IMG/VR virus record: IMGVR_UViG_3300020474_000001
Location: 62,001 to 126,000 of that record
Strand: one strand, 5' to 3'
DNA: 64,000 nucleotides
The notes below the pieces were generated by a model, which saw only the letters and a program-made list of their open reading frames with translations, searched no databases and was not told where the DNA came from. Below, piece by piece: positions 27,271-36,728 of the stretch (positions are counted from its first letter, which is position 1; the number at the start of each line of letters is the position of its first letter). The translations under genes and the position numbers were made by a program.

Positions 27271-27560
27271 ATAAAATCTCCAAAATAGTTTGGTTCTTCA
27301 TCATCATCCAAGTCGTCATACAATGAACATGGTTCTTCAAACAACTTATCCATTCTCAGTTGTTTTATCCTCTCCCTCAACTGTTTGTGTAGTTCTCTTT
27401 GATCGTCTTCGTTTAACATCTTTGTGTTTTGTGAATGGTTCCCAATGCTCCCAACCATGTTCATGGACAGCTGACATACCTAAAATAGGCACAACGACTA
27501 ACAAAAAGCAGAGAGCACCTAAAGTATATGAATTATTTAGCACCCAAGCAGAAAAATGTA

Positions 27561-28898
27561 TCATGATGGATAGTCCCAATTTGTAATGCCATCTACTTTG
27601 TGACTTGGTCCCCAAAGTCCTTCTTTATAAATGTAAGGCGTTGTTCTAATCTGGCAGTAGTCCCCAGTACACAACAAGTCATCAACAATCCTCCATGATT
27701 CTATCACTTCTTCGGAATGAACAAAGTGAGATTGATCTCCCTCAATCGCGTCATAAAGAAGTTTTTCATAACCATCAACACCCAACCAATCAGGATAGCG
27801 ATGAGTCAAAGTAGCTGATTCAACACCATCACCAAGTCCAGGAGACTTAACGTCTATACGAATATCAAGATGAGCATCTGGTTGAAGTCTCATTACAATA
27901 CGATCTTTTGTTTCTCCATCAAATAAACTAAGCGGAGGTGATTTTAGTTTAATCACAACTTCAACGCACTGATAAGGCATCTTCTTTCCTGTCATGAAGT
28001 AGAATGGAACACCTTTCCATCTCCAGTTATCAATATAAAGATCACCAGCAACAAAGGTTTGTGTCATTGACTCTGGAACAACACCTTGTTCATCACGATA
28101 TCCTTCATATTGACCCGTGATAAACTTCTTACCCAGTCTAGTTGCAGATAGGACCTTAACCTTTTCTCTACGAATCTCTTTTGCATCCATACGGCAAGGA
28201 GCTTCCATTGCAATCAACGAAAGAACCTGAAGCATATGATTCTGCAACATGTCTCTTACAACACCTGCAGTTTCATAGTATTGGGAACGTCCTTCACAAC
28301 CAATAGTTTCAGTAGCAAAGATTTGAACTTCTTCTATATAATCCCTGCTCCAAAGTGGTTCAAGAAGAATATTACCAAACCGAGTGGCAAGGATATTGTT
28401 AACAGTATCTTTACCGAGATAATGGTCAATACGATATACCTGTTTCTCGCGTAGATGTCTGCTAACCACTGACTGTAGATGATTAGCAGATTGAAGATCG
28501 TGCCCAAAGGGTTTTTCAATAACCACACGGGATGTTTCTGGATCGTCGAGGAGTTCTGTTCTTTTGAGACTTGTGATGGCATTTTCGTACCTCTCTGGGG
28601 GAACAGATAAGAAATAAGTTGTGTCATCTGTTTCTGGAAGATGATACAGACTTTCCGGGTCATCTAAATCACATGAAACATAGTCAAGATGATTAGTAAA
28701 TTCTTCAGGGTATTCTCCCAAACTTTTCAACCAATCATCTCTACTAGGATCTCTTCTGGAAGCACCTGTAATTAAAAACCTATGTGGAAGGAGATTTTTC
28801 TCCCACAGTTTATAAAGCGCAGGTATTAGTTTTCTTTTACACAAATCTCCAGTAGCACCGAAGATTACTATACCTTTAGTGAGCGGTTCCGTTTCCAT
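27561..28898 (-). CDS. zwf: Glucose-6-phosphate dehydrogenase
   Basis: IFGATGDL, EKPFG, RIDHYLGK, RDMLQNH; start METEPL. Confidence 0.97.
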   Translation of the reverse strand: METEPLTKGIVIFGATGDLCKRKLIPALYKLWEKNLLPHRFLITGASRRDPSRDDWLKSLGEYPEEFTNHLDYVSCDLDDPESLYHLPETDDTTYFLSVPPERYENAITSLKRTELLDDPETSRVVIEKPFGHDLQSANHLQSVVSRHLREKQVYRIDHYLGKDTVNNILATRFGNILLEPLWSRDYIEEVQIFATETIGCEGRSQYYETAGVVRDMLQNHMLQVLSLIAMEAPCRMDAKEIRREKVKVLSATRLGKKFITGQYEGYRDEQGVVPESMTQTFVAGDLYIDNWRWKGVPFYFMTGKKMPYQCVEVVIKLKSPPLSLFDGETKDRIVMRLQPDAHLDIRIDVKSPGLGDGVESATLTHRYPDWLGVDGYEKLLYDAIEGDQSHFVHSEEVIESWRIVDDLLCTGDYCQIRTTPYIYKEGLWGPSHKVDGITNWDYPS

Positions 28899-29004
28899 TA
28901 TATTTGTCTGTTTCGTAGTAGTTATTTTCACCTTTTCGTACCCCGAAATATATTGTGGATAGTACGAATGGTATTGCGACGATAAGAAGGACATTAGCGA
29001 ACAT
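28876..29004 (-). CDS. ndhP: NdhP-like small NDH-1 subunit (42 aa)
   Basis: MFANVLLIVAIPFVLSTIYFGVRKGENNYYETDKYNGNGTAH: single TM plus FG..YxTDxYxGNGxAH C-terminus characteristic of NdhP. Confidence 0.78.
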   Translation of the reverse strand: MFANVLLIVAIPFVLSTIYFGVRKGENNYYETDKYNGNGTAH

Positions 29005-30016
29005 GATGACCTCCGAACATAAATCTCATACCGTTTAGGATTTTGTTTGCGAATTCTCCGAGTCTCCTTGAATTAAATCGTTCAAATAGTGCTGCAGATA
29101 TAACAGGTGAGGGTACACCAAGATCCACAGCAGCGTGGACAGTCCAACGACCCTCACCACTATCGCTAACTCCCCCACCGAACTTGCTAAGCTCTCGATC
29201 GCTGCGTAGTACATCAGCGGTAAGATCAAGCAACCAAGACCCAACCACGCTACCACGACGCCATAACTCAGCCACTTCAGCACAGTCAATATCATAGCAA
29301 TAATCTGCCGGATTTTCCATCGGAGCCACCTCAGCATCACCCTCCTTGACATACTTACTCCCAGCATTTGCTTCATGCAGGATATTAAATCCCTCTGCGT
29401 ATGCTTGCATGATCCCATATTCAACTCCGTTGTGAACCATCTTTACGAAGTGACCCGCCCCAGGTCCACCACAGTGGAGCCAACCGTACTCAGCGGAAGT
29501 TGCACCTGAGAGAGGGTCAGTTCTGTCAACGGCCCCGATACCTGGTGCGAGTGCCCTAAAGATTGGAGAGCAAGTGGATACTGCGCAATTTGTACCGCCA
29601 ACCATAAGACAGTATCCACGGTCCAAACCATAAACACCACCAGAAGTGCCGCAGTCAATATATTCGATGCCCAAGTCTGCCAAGTATTCTGCCCGTCTCC
29701 GTGAGTCCTTAAAATTGCTATTGCCATGATCGATAACAATATCTCCAGGACCAAGTAGTGGTAATAAGTCATTAATAGTGTCCTCAACTAATTCTGCTGG
29801 AATGACGAGTTGAAATATTCCTGGGACCCCGTCAGATTTTACTACTTGAACAAGGCTTTCCAAAGAATCTGCAGCTGCAGTAATATACCCACTGTCCGCT
29901 GCTTCGCATGCTTTGGCATAGTTTCTTCTGTATCCATAGGTTTCAATTCCCTCCTTTAACATTCGACGAGACATTCCCTCGCCCATTCGTCCCAATCCAA
30001 TAATTCCTACTTTCAT
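28994..30016 (-). CDS. gnd: 6-phosphogluconate dehydrogenase (short type)
   Basis: GLGRMG, DCGTSGG, GHFVKMVHNGVEY, DSGEGRW. Confidence 0.97.
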   Translation of the reverse strand: MKVGIIGLGRMGEGMSRRMLKEGIETYGYRRNYAKACEAADSGYITAAADSLESLVQVVKSDGVPGIFQLVIPAELVEDTINDLLPLLGPGDIVIDHGNSNFKDSRRRAEYLADLGIEYIDCGTSGGVYGLDRGYCLMVGGTNCAVSTCSPIFRALAPGIGAVDRTDPLSGATSAEYGWLHCGGPGAGHFVKMVHNGVEYGIMQAYAEGFNILHEANAGSKYVKEGDAEVAPMENPADYCYDIDCAEVAELWRRGSVVGSWLLDLTADVLRSDRELSKFGGGVSDSGEGRWTVHAAVDLGVPSPVISAALFERFNSRRLGEFANKILNGMRFMFGGHHVR

Positions 30017-30267
30017 CCTTTTACCTCATTTTGAAAATATTCGGGGAGCGGACACCCCTTAAAATCGTTTACAGTATCAACTGCTAAAACAAACATACAT
30101 ACGAACCCCAGACAGAAAGCAAATAGCATCTGTGGAAAATTATAATTCCCCATATTTGCAGTTGGATCCGGTTCATCGTCATGCGGATGAATCATTTTAC
30201 TGATCTCTTCCGCCCTCTTTTTCCTTTCCTTTTCCTTCTCTTCTGGGGTCTTTGCCATTATTCCCAA
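30013..30267 (-). CDS. Small membrane protein
   Basis: HPHDDEPD plus TM helix. Confidence 0.6.
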   Translation of the reverse strand: MGIMAKTPEEKEKERKKRAEEISKMIHPHDDEPDPTANMGNYNFPQMLFAFCLGFVCMFVLAVDTVNDFKGCPLPEYFQNEVKG

Positions 30268-30413
30268 TCCATGGCAGTCATTGTTTTTGTACGAAGCTCA
30301 GTTAAAATTTCTTCGTATTCATTATACATTTTATCACCAACATAGTAATGCGATTGAACCTTTTCAATAGCTTCAATCATAATTTTATATTGATGTTTGT
30401 TAAACTTAGTCAT
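30258..30413 (-). CDS. 51-aa hypothetical protein
   Basis: MTKFNKHQYKIMIEAIEK...; fills the gap in the operon. Confidence 0.5.
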   Translation of the reverse strand: MTKFNKHQYKIMIEAIEKVQSHYYVGDKMYNEYEEILTELRTKTMTAMDWE

Positions 30414-30591
30414 GTGAATCATTCCTCATTAACTCTTCAATTCTTTTACGCATTCTTGCAATATCACGCTTGTGATCATTTTGTTTGTATCCATCCTTTT
30501 CATGAAGAATCATGTATCCATGATAATACATAGTAATTGCAAAAATAATTGCTAAAAAAATACCAACAATTTCTACAAAATCTACTGTCAT
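30406..30591 (-). CDS. Small membrane protein
   Basis: N-terminal TM. Confidence 0.6.
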   Translation of the reverse strand: MTVDFVEIVGIFLAIIFAITMYYHGYMILHEKDGYKQNDHKRDIARMRKRIEELMRNDSHD

Positions 30592-30845
30592 GATAGAGAA
30601 TTTATAAGTTCTTGTTTTATACCATCAATGACATTATGTATTACATTCACATCAAGTCCCATAAATGGAGGAATCAACCCAATAGCACGAAAGAAACCTT
30701 CAGCAAACAGGGCAAAAAATATGATTCCCAGAATCATACTAATCATAGAAGCATTGCGATTGTGCTTGTTTATGGCAAAGTCAATCATTGCTTGAACTTC
30801 TTCTTTAGTCGCATAATGATCCGACTGATTAAGATTACTGTCCAC
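30588..30845 (-). CDS. Small membrane protein
   Basis: AINKHNRNASMISM plus TM. Confidence 0.65.
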   Translation of the reverse strand: MDSNLNQSDHYATKEEVQAMIDFAINKHNRNASMISMILGIIFFALFAEGFFRAIGLIPPFMGLDVNVIHNVIDGIKQELINSLS

Positions 30846-30918
30846 AGGTTGTCTCCGATATCTAAGGATTAACTACTCATATTTATTTTATCATACCTAA
30901 CAATTTTTGCAATTTATG

Positions 30919-31431
30919 TTAGGATTTTGAATTAATCAATTCTATTGCATCATGCAATTCTTTTGAGTGATGCAATTCATCATTCAAAATCTCAAGGATC
31001 TTGTCGTCATGCCCATTGATAGCAAGAAACTTACCATAAGTTTCTGCTGCGTGAATCTCTACTTCGTAAGAGAGATGGTAAGCATTGCGAGGAGATACCC
31101 AATAATAAACCACGTTAACCCAATAGTAGATAAAGACGAGATGCTTGGCAACAAAACGATCGATATAATAAGTGTTGCCGCCCCGACTTTCCATGTACTC
31201 CAGATGCTCTGTTTCATTGACTGACTGTTCGAAGTGCTGTTTCATCAAATATAGATGTTCGGGACCACGAAGTCCCATAGATTCTCGAAAGTGCAAGACA
31301 CTTAAGAAAGCGAAATAAGGTGCCCGAGCAATTTCCTCAAGCACCCAGAAACGCTGAAAGTCGCGTCCCTCATAAAGAAAATCCAAAATTGCAACAGTGA
31401 TATTTAAAACAATACTGTTAAGTGTTTTCAT
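30919..31431 (-). CDS. ptox: Plastoquinol terminal oxidase (PTOX/alternative oxidase)
   Basis: RFWVLEEIARAPYF; diiron ligands NETEHL, EIHA, DELHH. Confidence 0.93.
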   Translation of the reverse strand: MKTLNSIVLNITVAILDFLYEGRDFQRFWVLEEIARAPYFAFLSVLHFRESMGLRGPEHLYLMKQHFEQSVNETEHLEYMESRGGNTYYIDRFVAKHLVFIYYWVNVVYYWVSPRNAYHLSYEVEIHAAETYGKFLAINGHDDKILEILNDELHHSKELHDAIELINSKS

Positions 31432-31438
31432 TTTACCT

Positions 31439-31516
31439 CTAATATGCGCTATTTAAACCCCATACCATCAAGAGTATTATGGGTCCATAAATTAAAACTG
31501 TCTTTAGGAATAACAT
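31439..31516 (-). CDS. 25-aa single-TM microprotein
   Basis: MLFLKTVLIYGPIILLMVWGLNSAY, between petE and PTOX. Confidence 0.45.
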   Translation of the reverse strand: MLFLKTVLIYGPIILLMVWGLNSAY

Positions 31517-31523
31517 TTTCAGA

Positions 31524-31856
31524 TCACTCAACATGAATTGTTCCAGTCATGCCTGCACCTTTATGTGGGGCACACCAAAAATTATAATCGCCAGCTTCAG
31601 AAAATGCAATCTCAAAGTCTTCACCTGGTAACATTACCAGGGCATCATGACTTAACTCTGGATGATCTTCCACAACTACATTGTGTGGTGGAAGCATATT
31701 ATTGATAAAATGAACTGTATCACCGGCAGAAATAGTAACCTCTGAAGGTTCAAATATAAGATTTCCGCTGGCACCCATCACCACATCTGCGGCAAACACA
31801 GGAGTAGCAAAAAATAGTGTAGCAATTAGTGCAAATAAAAACTTCATAATAGTCAT
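31524..31856 (-). CDS. petE: Plastocyanin
   Basis: Signal peptide; PHNVV; Cu ligands CAPH..AGM. Confidence 0.95.
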   Translation of the reverse strand: MTIMKFLFALIATLFFATPVFAADVVMGASGNLIFEPSEVTISAGDTVHFINNMLPPHNVVVEDHPELSHDALVMLPGEDFEIAFSEAGDYNFWCAPHKGAGMTGTIHVE

Positions 31857-31917
31857 ACAACTACAGTATCTAGTCGTAATATTTGATATAAATTATGAAT
31901 AGTTTTCAGTTCCTGAC

Positions 31918-32349
31918 TTACTTAAATGATGGATTTACAGGAGGTTCTCCATCCTTAGTTTCAAATTTTATTGGTGCCTGTTCTATGCGTATTGTCTGCG
32001 ATGGTGCAGTCTGAGAAGCAGCTTCAATAAGTCTCTCCATGTCTGCTTTAGTTACTCCACTACCGCTTCCACCATTGCCATTATTCTTCTTCGCTGTCTG
32101 GACCCCGAAAGTAGCTAAAACCCCAGTAAAAACCGAGGCTATGAAAGTCGGATCCAGCTTCTGTTCTGGAATTCCTAATGCAGGTGGCAATTTAATATAT
32201 GCCAGTGTAAGTATTCCTCCACTCCAAATCAGAATACCTAGACGAACAAATGTAGAGAGAATAGCGAGTTGCTCTTCTTTGTCATCCATTCCCTCTTTAA
32301 GTCTTTCGAGGAGACCCTTCTTCTCCTCTTCCCCTACTTTCTTTTCCAT
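31918..32349 (-). CDS. Conserved two-TM cyanophage membrane protein
   Basis: FVRLGILIWSG..DPTFIASVFTGVLATFG. Confidence 0.7.
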   Translation of the reverse strand: MEKKVGEEEKKGLLERLKEGMDDKEEQLAILSTFVRLGILIWSGGILTLAYIKLPPALGIPEQKLDPTFIASVFTGVLATFGVQTAKKNNGNGGSGSGVTKADMERLIEAASQTAPSQTIRIEQAPIKFETKDGEPPVNPSFK

Positions 32350-32359
32350 TTTATTTTTG

Positions 32360-32554
32360 CTATGGGACCAAACAATCCACAGTTATATTAGTAGAATGTA
32401 TTTTGTTGTAACGATCACAGAGTTCTTCACTTGAGACGTGTTCCCATTTATGATATGTGCTCTTTAAAACTTTGATATACTCTTGCCCATTGATACCACT
32501 GAGTTCAGTGGCAACGATGTTTTTGACAAGAACATCCCTTGTTAAATTAGACAT
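32360..32554 (-). CDS. Hypothetical protein
   Basis: 64-aa ORF. Confidence 0.55.
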   Translation of the reverse strand: MSNLTRDVLVKNIVATELSGINGQEYIKVLKSTYHKWEHVSSEELCDRYNKIHSTNITVDCLVP

Positions 32555-32659
32555 ACGATTGAATTGATTCCCAACAAAAAATTTAGTAATGAAATTTAAA
32601 AAAAAATTAATAAAATCGAAAATTTTTCTTGGCTGATCTCACATGGACATAATGTTCAA

Positions 32660-33337
32660 TTATTTAGGAATATATCCACTCTCAACCAACCATTTTTGGG
32701 TCAATGGAGTAGGTGAATATACTTCCCACATAGGTCCATTTGCGCATGCAGAGAGTGCTTTTTCAGTCATACCTTCAGTTTTACCTGCCCAAGTTGCTTC
32801 TGCTTCCCAAGGAACTGCGTGCGCAGGATATGTCTGTTCTACTATTTCTTGCCAAATTCTTGGCACAGATTCTGTAGGAAGTATGACTGCTATAATATTA
32901 TTTTTAATTGTTCCTGCCATACAATCTTGAGCTGCATGCCATCCTTCATGTCTGACTACTGACATCAATGTTGCTGGTCTACCCATATGAACAGTATTCA
33001 GAAAAAAGTTATTTCCTACTGTATGATACACACCTCTGTGACCCATTGGGAAATATCTAGGGTGCCCTAGAAACACTTTAACTCCGATTTTGGTAAGAGA
33101 GGACAGCATCCTGTCAAACTCATCAGCAATAAGAGAGTAATCAGAATTGGGATGAAACTTCTGCACATCAGAAATATTTTTAATTTGATGAACATCCCTT
33201 GTACACTCCCTTACTATCATACACCCTAAAGAATCGTATGTATGATATCCTTTTTTTAAATTTTCTTCTGCCTTTACTGGAACAGTCATACCATGAGCTG
33301 CACCAAAAAGCAATCCTGCAAGTATATATTTAATCAT
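32660..33337 (-). CDS. Secreted putative zinc metallopeptidase
   Basis: Signal peptide; RHEGWHAAQ (HExxH) with downstream EAEA. Confidence 0.6.
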   Translation of the reverse strand: MIKYILAGLLFGAAHGMTVPVKAEENLKKGYHTYDSLGCMIVRECTRDVHQIKNISDVQKFHPNSDYSLIADEFDRMLSSLTKIGVKVFLGHPRYFPMGHRGVYHTVGNNFFLNTVHMGRPATLMSVVRHEGWHAAQDCMAGTIKNNIIAVILPTESVPRIWQEIVEQTYPAHAVPWEAEATWAGKTEGMTEKALSACANGPMWEVYSPTPLTQKWLVESGYIPK

Positions 33338-33561
33338 AATAATGGCAATGCAGGTCCAGTTACGCTAGGCAGTTCTGGAATTGCACCCTCAACAGCTCCT
33401 GAAACAGAATCTGTTATCATCTCTGTGATCATATCTGTTGCCTTTTCTTTTGCCATATCCATAAGAGCAGTTCTATTGAGATAGACGTAAAGTCCTCCAC
33501 CAAGAATAGAAGCTGACATTATGAAAGATGCAAGAGACAGCACATTGAATAAAATTTTCAT
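33334..33561 (-). CDS. Small membrane protein
   Basis: N-terminal TM; 75 aa. Confidence 0.6.
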   Translation of the reverse strand: MKILFNVLSLASFIMSASILGGGLYVYLNRTALMDMAKEKATDMITEMITDSVSGAVEGAIPELPSVTGPALPLL

Positions 33562-33779
33562 TGTTCTGAGTAATAATTGTTCTTGAAATAATCTAAAATC
33601 CCATCACAATCATTATTACCTTGAGAGACCCAATCATGGGCACACTCATAAATTGCTTGACTCTTGTATTTAGACAAGCGACTAGAATTTAAGTCGCAAC
33701 CGTAACACTTTAACAAAATTGATAACGCCTCTCCACGAATTGCAAGGCGTTCATCGGTATACCTCCAATCTTCAGTCAT
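33558..33779 (-). CDS. Conserved hypothetical protein
   Basis: MTEDWRY...IYECAHDWVSQG. Confidence 0.65.
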   Translation of the reverse strand: MTEDWRYTDERLAIRGEALSILLKCYGCDLNSSRLSKYKSQAIYECAHDWVSQGNNDCDGILDYFKNNYYSEQ

Positions 33780-34083
33780 TTGCATCCTCACGAAATTGTC
33801 CAATACCAGTCCCAGATTGCCACAGTGGTGGTGAATTCCTTTCAATTGATGCCCAAGGAAGTTGTTGGGCAGTCATTCCATCTGAATATGCTCTGTACAT
33901 CAAATCATGAATATTATCAGGTTCCTTACTGTTTCCATTTTTGTCATAAACCTTTTTCATATCATTTTCAAATTTTTGAATAAGATAGTCCTTTGCTTCA
34001 TCAGAAATGACTGCTGGACCAAACCAAGGATCATCAGAAAGAACTCTGGGAGCAGGGACAGTTTTGTGTTGTTTGTTGTCCAT
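33772..34083 (-). CDS. Hypothetical protein
   Basis: LSDDPWFG; start MDNKQ. Confidence 0.6.
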   Translation of the reverse strand: MDNKQHKTVPAPRVLSDDPWFGPAVISDEAKDYLIQKFENDMKKVYDKNGNSKEPDNIHDLMYRAYSDGMTAQQLPWASIERNSPPLWQSGTGIGQFREDAND

Positions 34084-34084
34084 T

Positions 34085-34669
34085 TCAATACCTCTCAAGT
34101 TTGTTGTAGTATCCGTAAGCATATTTAGATCTATTTCCCTTAATTCCCCACCCCAACCAATTATATGCCGCTCCCATAAAATAATCGTTGTTGCCAATAG
34201 ACCGTTCAAACTTCTTTAGATTTCTTAAAAAAACTGGTTCGACAATCATATAACCAACCTGACATTCTAGTGAACTTGGATCACAGTTATTTTTTTGAGC
34301 ATATTCGCCCAACCCAAAGTATCTACTCGGAGTTGTCCACTGAATAATTCCATAACCACCTTTCCTGCAATTTTCGTAAGTAACTCTTGTTCCACCCTCA
34401 CAAATGTTTGCATTAAACCCACTCTCTTGCTTAATATTGCCCAAGATTACAGCAAGTGAATTTCTACTCTTTATATTAGTTTCTTCTTGCAGCTTTCTCA
34501 GCACAAACTTCTCTGAACTAGAGCAACTATCACATCTCCATCTAGGAGAGTATGTCTCTGCAGACAAACTTTTTGGCATCTCCTGAGAAGCAGTGATCTT
34601 GTCAGCACATGATGTCAGTACTATTGATCCCATTAGGATCATTAAACGAAAAAGCATTGCTTGATCCAT
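34085..34669 (-). CDS. Phage lysozyme-like (tail lysozyme 2 family) lipoprotein
   Basis: LGNIKQESGF catalytic Glu, GYGIIQWT; lipobox-like VLTSC. Confidence 0.7.
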   Translation of the reverse strand: MDQAMLFRLMILMGSIVLTSCADKITASQEMPKSLSAETYSPRWRCDSCSSSEKFVLRKLQEETNIKSRNSLAVILGNIKQESGFNANICEGGTRVTYENCRKGGYGIIQWTTPSRYFGLGEYAQKNNCDPSSLECQVGYMIVEPVFLRNLKKFERSIGNNDYFMGAAYNWLGWGIKGNRSKYAYGYYNKLERY

Positions 34670-34679
34670 ATCTCACCAA

Positions 34680-34714
34680 AGTATATGACAAAAAAAGAGG
34701 GGTGTCAACCCCTC
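34680..34714 (-). terminator. Terminator fused with a sigma70 promoter
   Basis: GAGGGGT/ACCCCTC hairpin plus U-tract; TTGACA-17-TATACT. Confidence 0.8.
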
Positions 34715-34727
34715 AACACACTTCTTA

Positions 34728-35111
34728 TCAGAAGTCAAATTTCACTCCAACTTTACCGCCCCAATCAATGATCTCATCGCCATCACTATCTTCGCCGTTG
34801 GTGATACCCGCAAGTTCACCATAGAGACCCAGGGAATCCGTAGCAGCGTAAGTTACGCCAACCTTGCCAGACAGTTCGGTCTCGGTGTCATCAGCTGCTT
34901 CACTATGAATAAATGAAGGGCCGCCTTGAACATAGAAACCAACAGCATCTCCAGCAGTGCCTTCGAATCCCAGGTGAAAATCTGTAACTGCACCGATGTA
35001 CTCGCCATCGGGATACGCAGCATTCGCTTCCACATTGATGTAGGGTCCAGCAACAGCAGATCCAGCTGACAGAGAAAGAGCAGCAGATGCTGCGATTAAA
35101 GATTTGAACAT
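34728..35111 (-). CDS. Small outer-membrane beta-barrel (porin-like) protein
   Basis: Signal peptide, alternating beta-strands, C-terminal GVKFDF BAM signal. Confidence 0.8.
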   Translation of the reverse strand: MFKSLIAASAALSLSAGSAVAGPYINVEANAAYPDGEYIGAVTDFHLGFEGTAGDAVGFYVQGGPSFIHSEAADDTETELSGKVGVTYAATDSLGLYGELAGITNGEDSDGDEIIDWGGKVGVKFDF

Positions 35112-35205
35112 TTAAATACCTCACTAGATAAAAAGAAATTAGACTTACTCAAATAATTGCGGAGGTTGTCTACAGTGGTTAGTATAATTGCTTACCTATG
35201 TTTTG

Positions 35206-36000
35206 TCAAGCTGGTTGGTTTGAACTTTCTGATACTCTAAACAAATAAGGATTATAGTCCATATACTCCTTGATATTGATATGTGGTCCATGCTTCTTCC
35301 AGAATCCCAGCAGAGCGTCATGAGATCCCCTGTGAAAGGTATTAATATGATCTTGGTGTATATTAGACCTAAAGTCTATATTATACAAGAAAATAGGAAA
35401 TGTAAAAGTTCTTCCAGATTCAAAAACTAAATCTTCAGATACTGCTCTAGGTTTTACTCCGTTATCAAGTTTAAATTTGTCTCCTTGAATATGGGTTTTA
35501 ATAATTTTCTCTGCATGATGTCGAGTAATTAGATACACTGCAGCAGAAAAATCATTAATAAATTTCAAGTGAAGTCTTGTGTGGATATCTCCTGTGCATA
35601 TTGTAGTTAATTGTATGCAGTCCCAGTACAATGGAAGATTGTCAATAATATCATTCCAACTGAAAGACCAAAACCCTGCGACTCCAAAGTTCACATCATC
35701 CTCAACAATCATGCAATACTCATCGTCAGTATTATCATAAAAGTCTTTAATAGCTTTTAGATGACTCATACAGCATCCAATCTCACTAGTTGTAACATTA
35801 TCTGGATATTTGCCACACAAAAATTGTTGGACATTTCCAACTCTCCCATCATATGCAGATACTCGAACATGATCATCGATTCCCCAATATGAAAACTGAT
35901 CTTCCATATATCTACGACGACGAACATCAGAATCGAGATTTATCCAATAAACCTTTGGGAGTCCATCTAATTTATAAGCGGATTTATTTTTATCCATCAC
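35206..36000 (-). CDS. Glycosyltransferase family 25
   Basis: YWINLD...RR..M, RVSAYDG, EIGCCMSH, IVEDDV. Confidence 0.85.
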   Translation of the reverse strand: MMDKNKSAYKLDGLPKVYWINLDSDVRRRRYMEDQFSYWGIDDHVRVSAYDGRVGNVQQFLCGKYPDNVTTSEIGCCMSHLKAIKDFYDNTDDEYCMIVEDDVNFGVAGFWSFSWNDIIDNLPLYWDCIQLTTICTGDIHTRLHLKFINDFSAAVYLITRHHAEKIIKTHIQGDKFKLDNGVKPRAVSEDLVFESGRTFTFPIFLYNIDFRSNIHQDHINTFHRGSHDALLGFWKKHGPHINIKEYMDYNPYLFRVSESSNQPA

Positions 36001-36728
36001 TTAAAATAATTAACAAGTTTTTCTCTATCATTTTTAATATGAGATAAAACAACTCTTAAGTCCTCTGGAAGATTTTCCCACAATTTTCTCATCTCTTGAG
36101 CTGCAGATGACTTATTATATGCAGTTCCTTTGTCATGTTCTACAACATGATTGTAATCTCGTATTACAGGACGTTTTTTTAAGAAGCATATCCCATTCAT
36201 AACTAGATCCCAACCCCAACCCATCTTCATTTGCTCGTGAGTCATAAATGAATCTAAATTACGAGAATAATACTCATCGATAATATCTCTATGAATAAAC
36301 CACACTGTTTCATCAGTGCATGCCACCATTTTTATATTAGGGTCATTAGCAACAATACCATTAATATCAGTATTTTCTGGAGTATACCAAATGTTAGTAA
36401 TATCTGGAGCATAGACACCCCAATCATAACTATCAAAGTAATGTATAGCATCTTTCACAAGAGTCTTGTAATTATCAAATACAGTATCTCCCTGACAATG
36501 CATCAAAACTTTCTTATCATCTCGGAATAGTTCTAGTGCTTTACGAAACTGAGATGTAAAATATGCCTCATCACCAAGATCAATCCATCCTTCACGAGTA
36601 TTATTATCATCGCTATTGATAACAAGAACATCATCAAAGATTTCTTTTAACTGATCTTCTATGACACATGTCTTCTCAAATTTATTCTTCCAGTTGAAAA
36701 TGAAAGGTTGTATATCTTTTATTTCCAT
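35997..36728 (-). CDS. Putative glycosyltransferase (GT-A-like)
   Basis: VINSDD, CQGD, GWGWD, VEH; inside the glycan operon. Confidence 0.5.
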   Translation of the reverse strand: MEIKDIQPFIFNWKNKFEKTCVIEDQLKEIFDDVLVINSDDNNTREGWIDLGDEAYFTSQFRKALELFRDDKKVLMHCQGDTVFDNYKTLVKDAIHYFDSYDWGVYAPDITNIWYTPENTDINGIVANDPNIKMVACTDETVWFIHRDIIDEYYSRNLDSFMTHEQMKMGWGWDLVMNGICFLKKRPVIRDYNHVVEHDKGTAYNKSSAAQEMRKLWENLPEDLRVVLSHIKNDREKLVNYFK

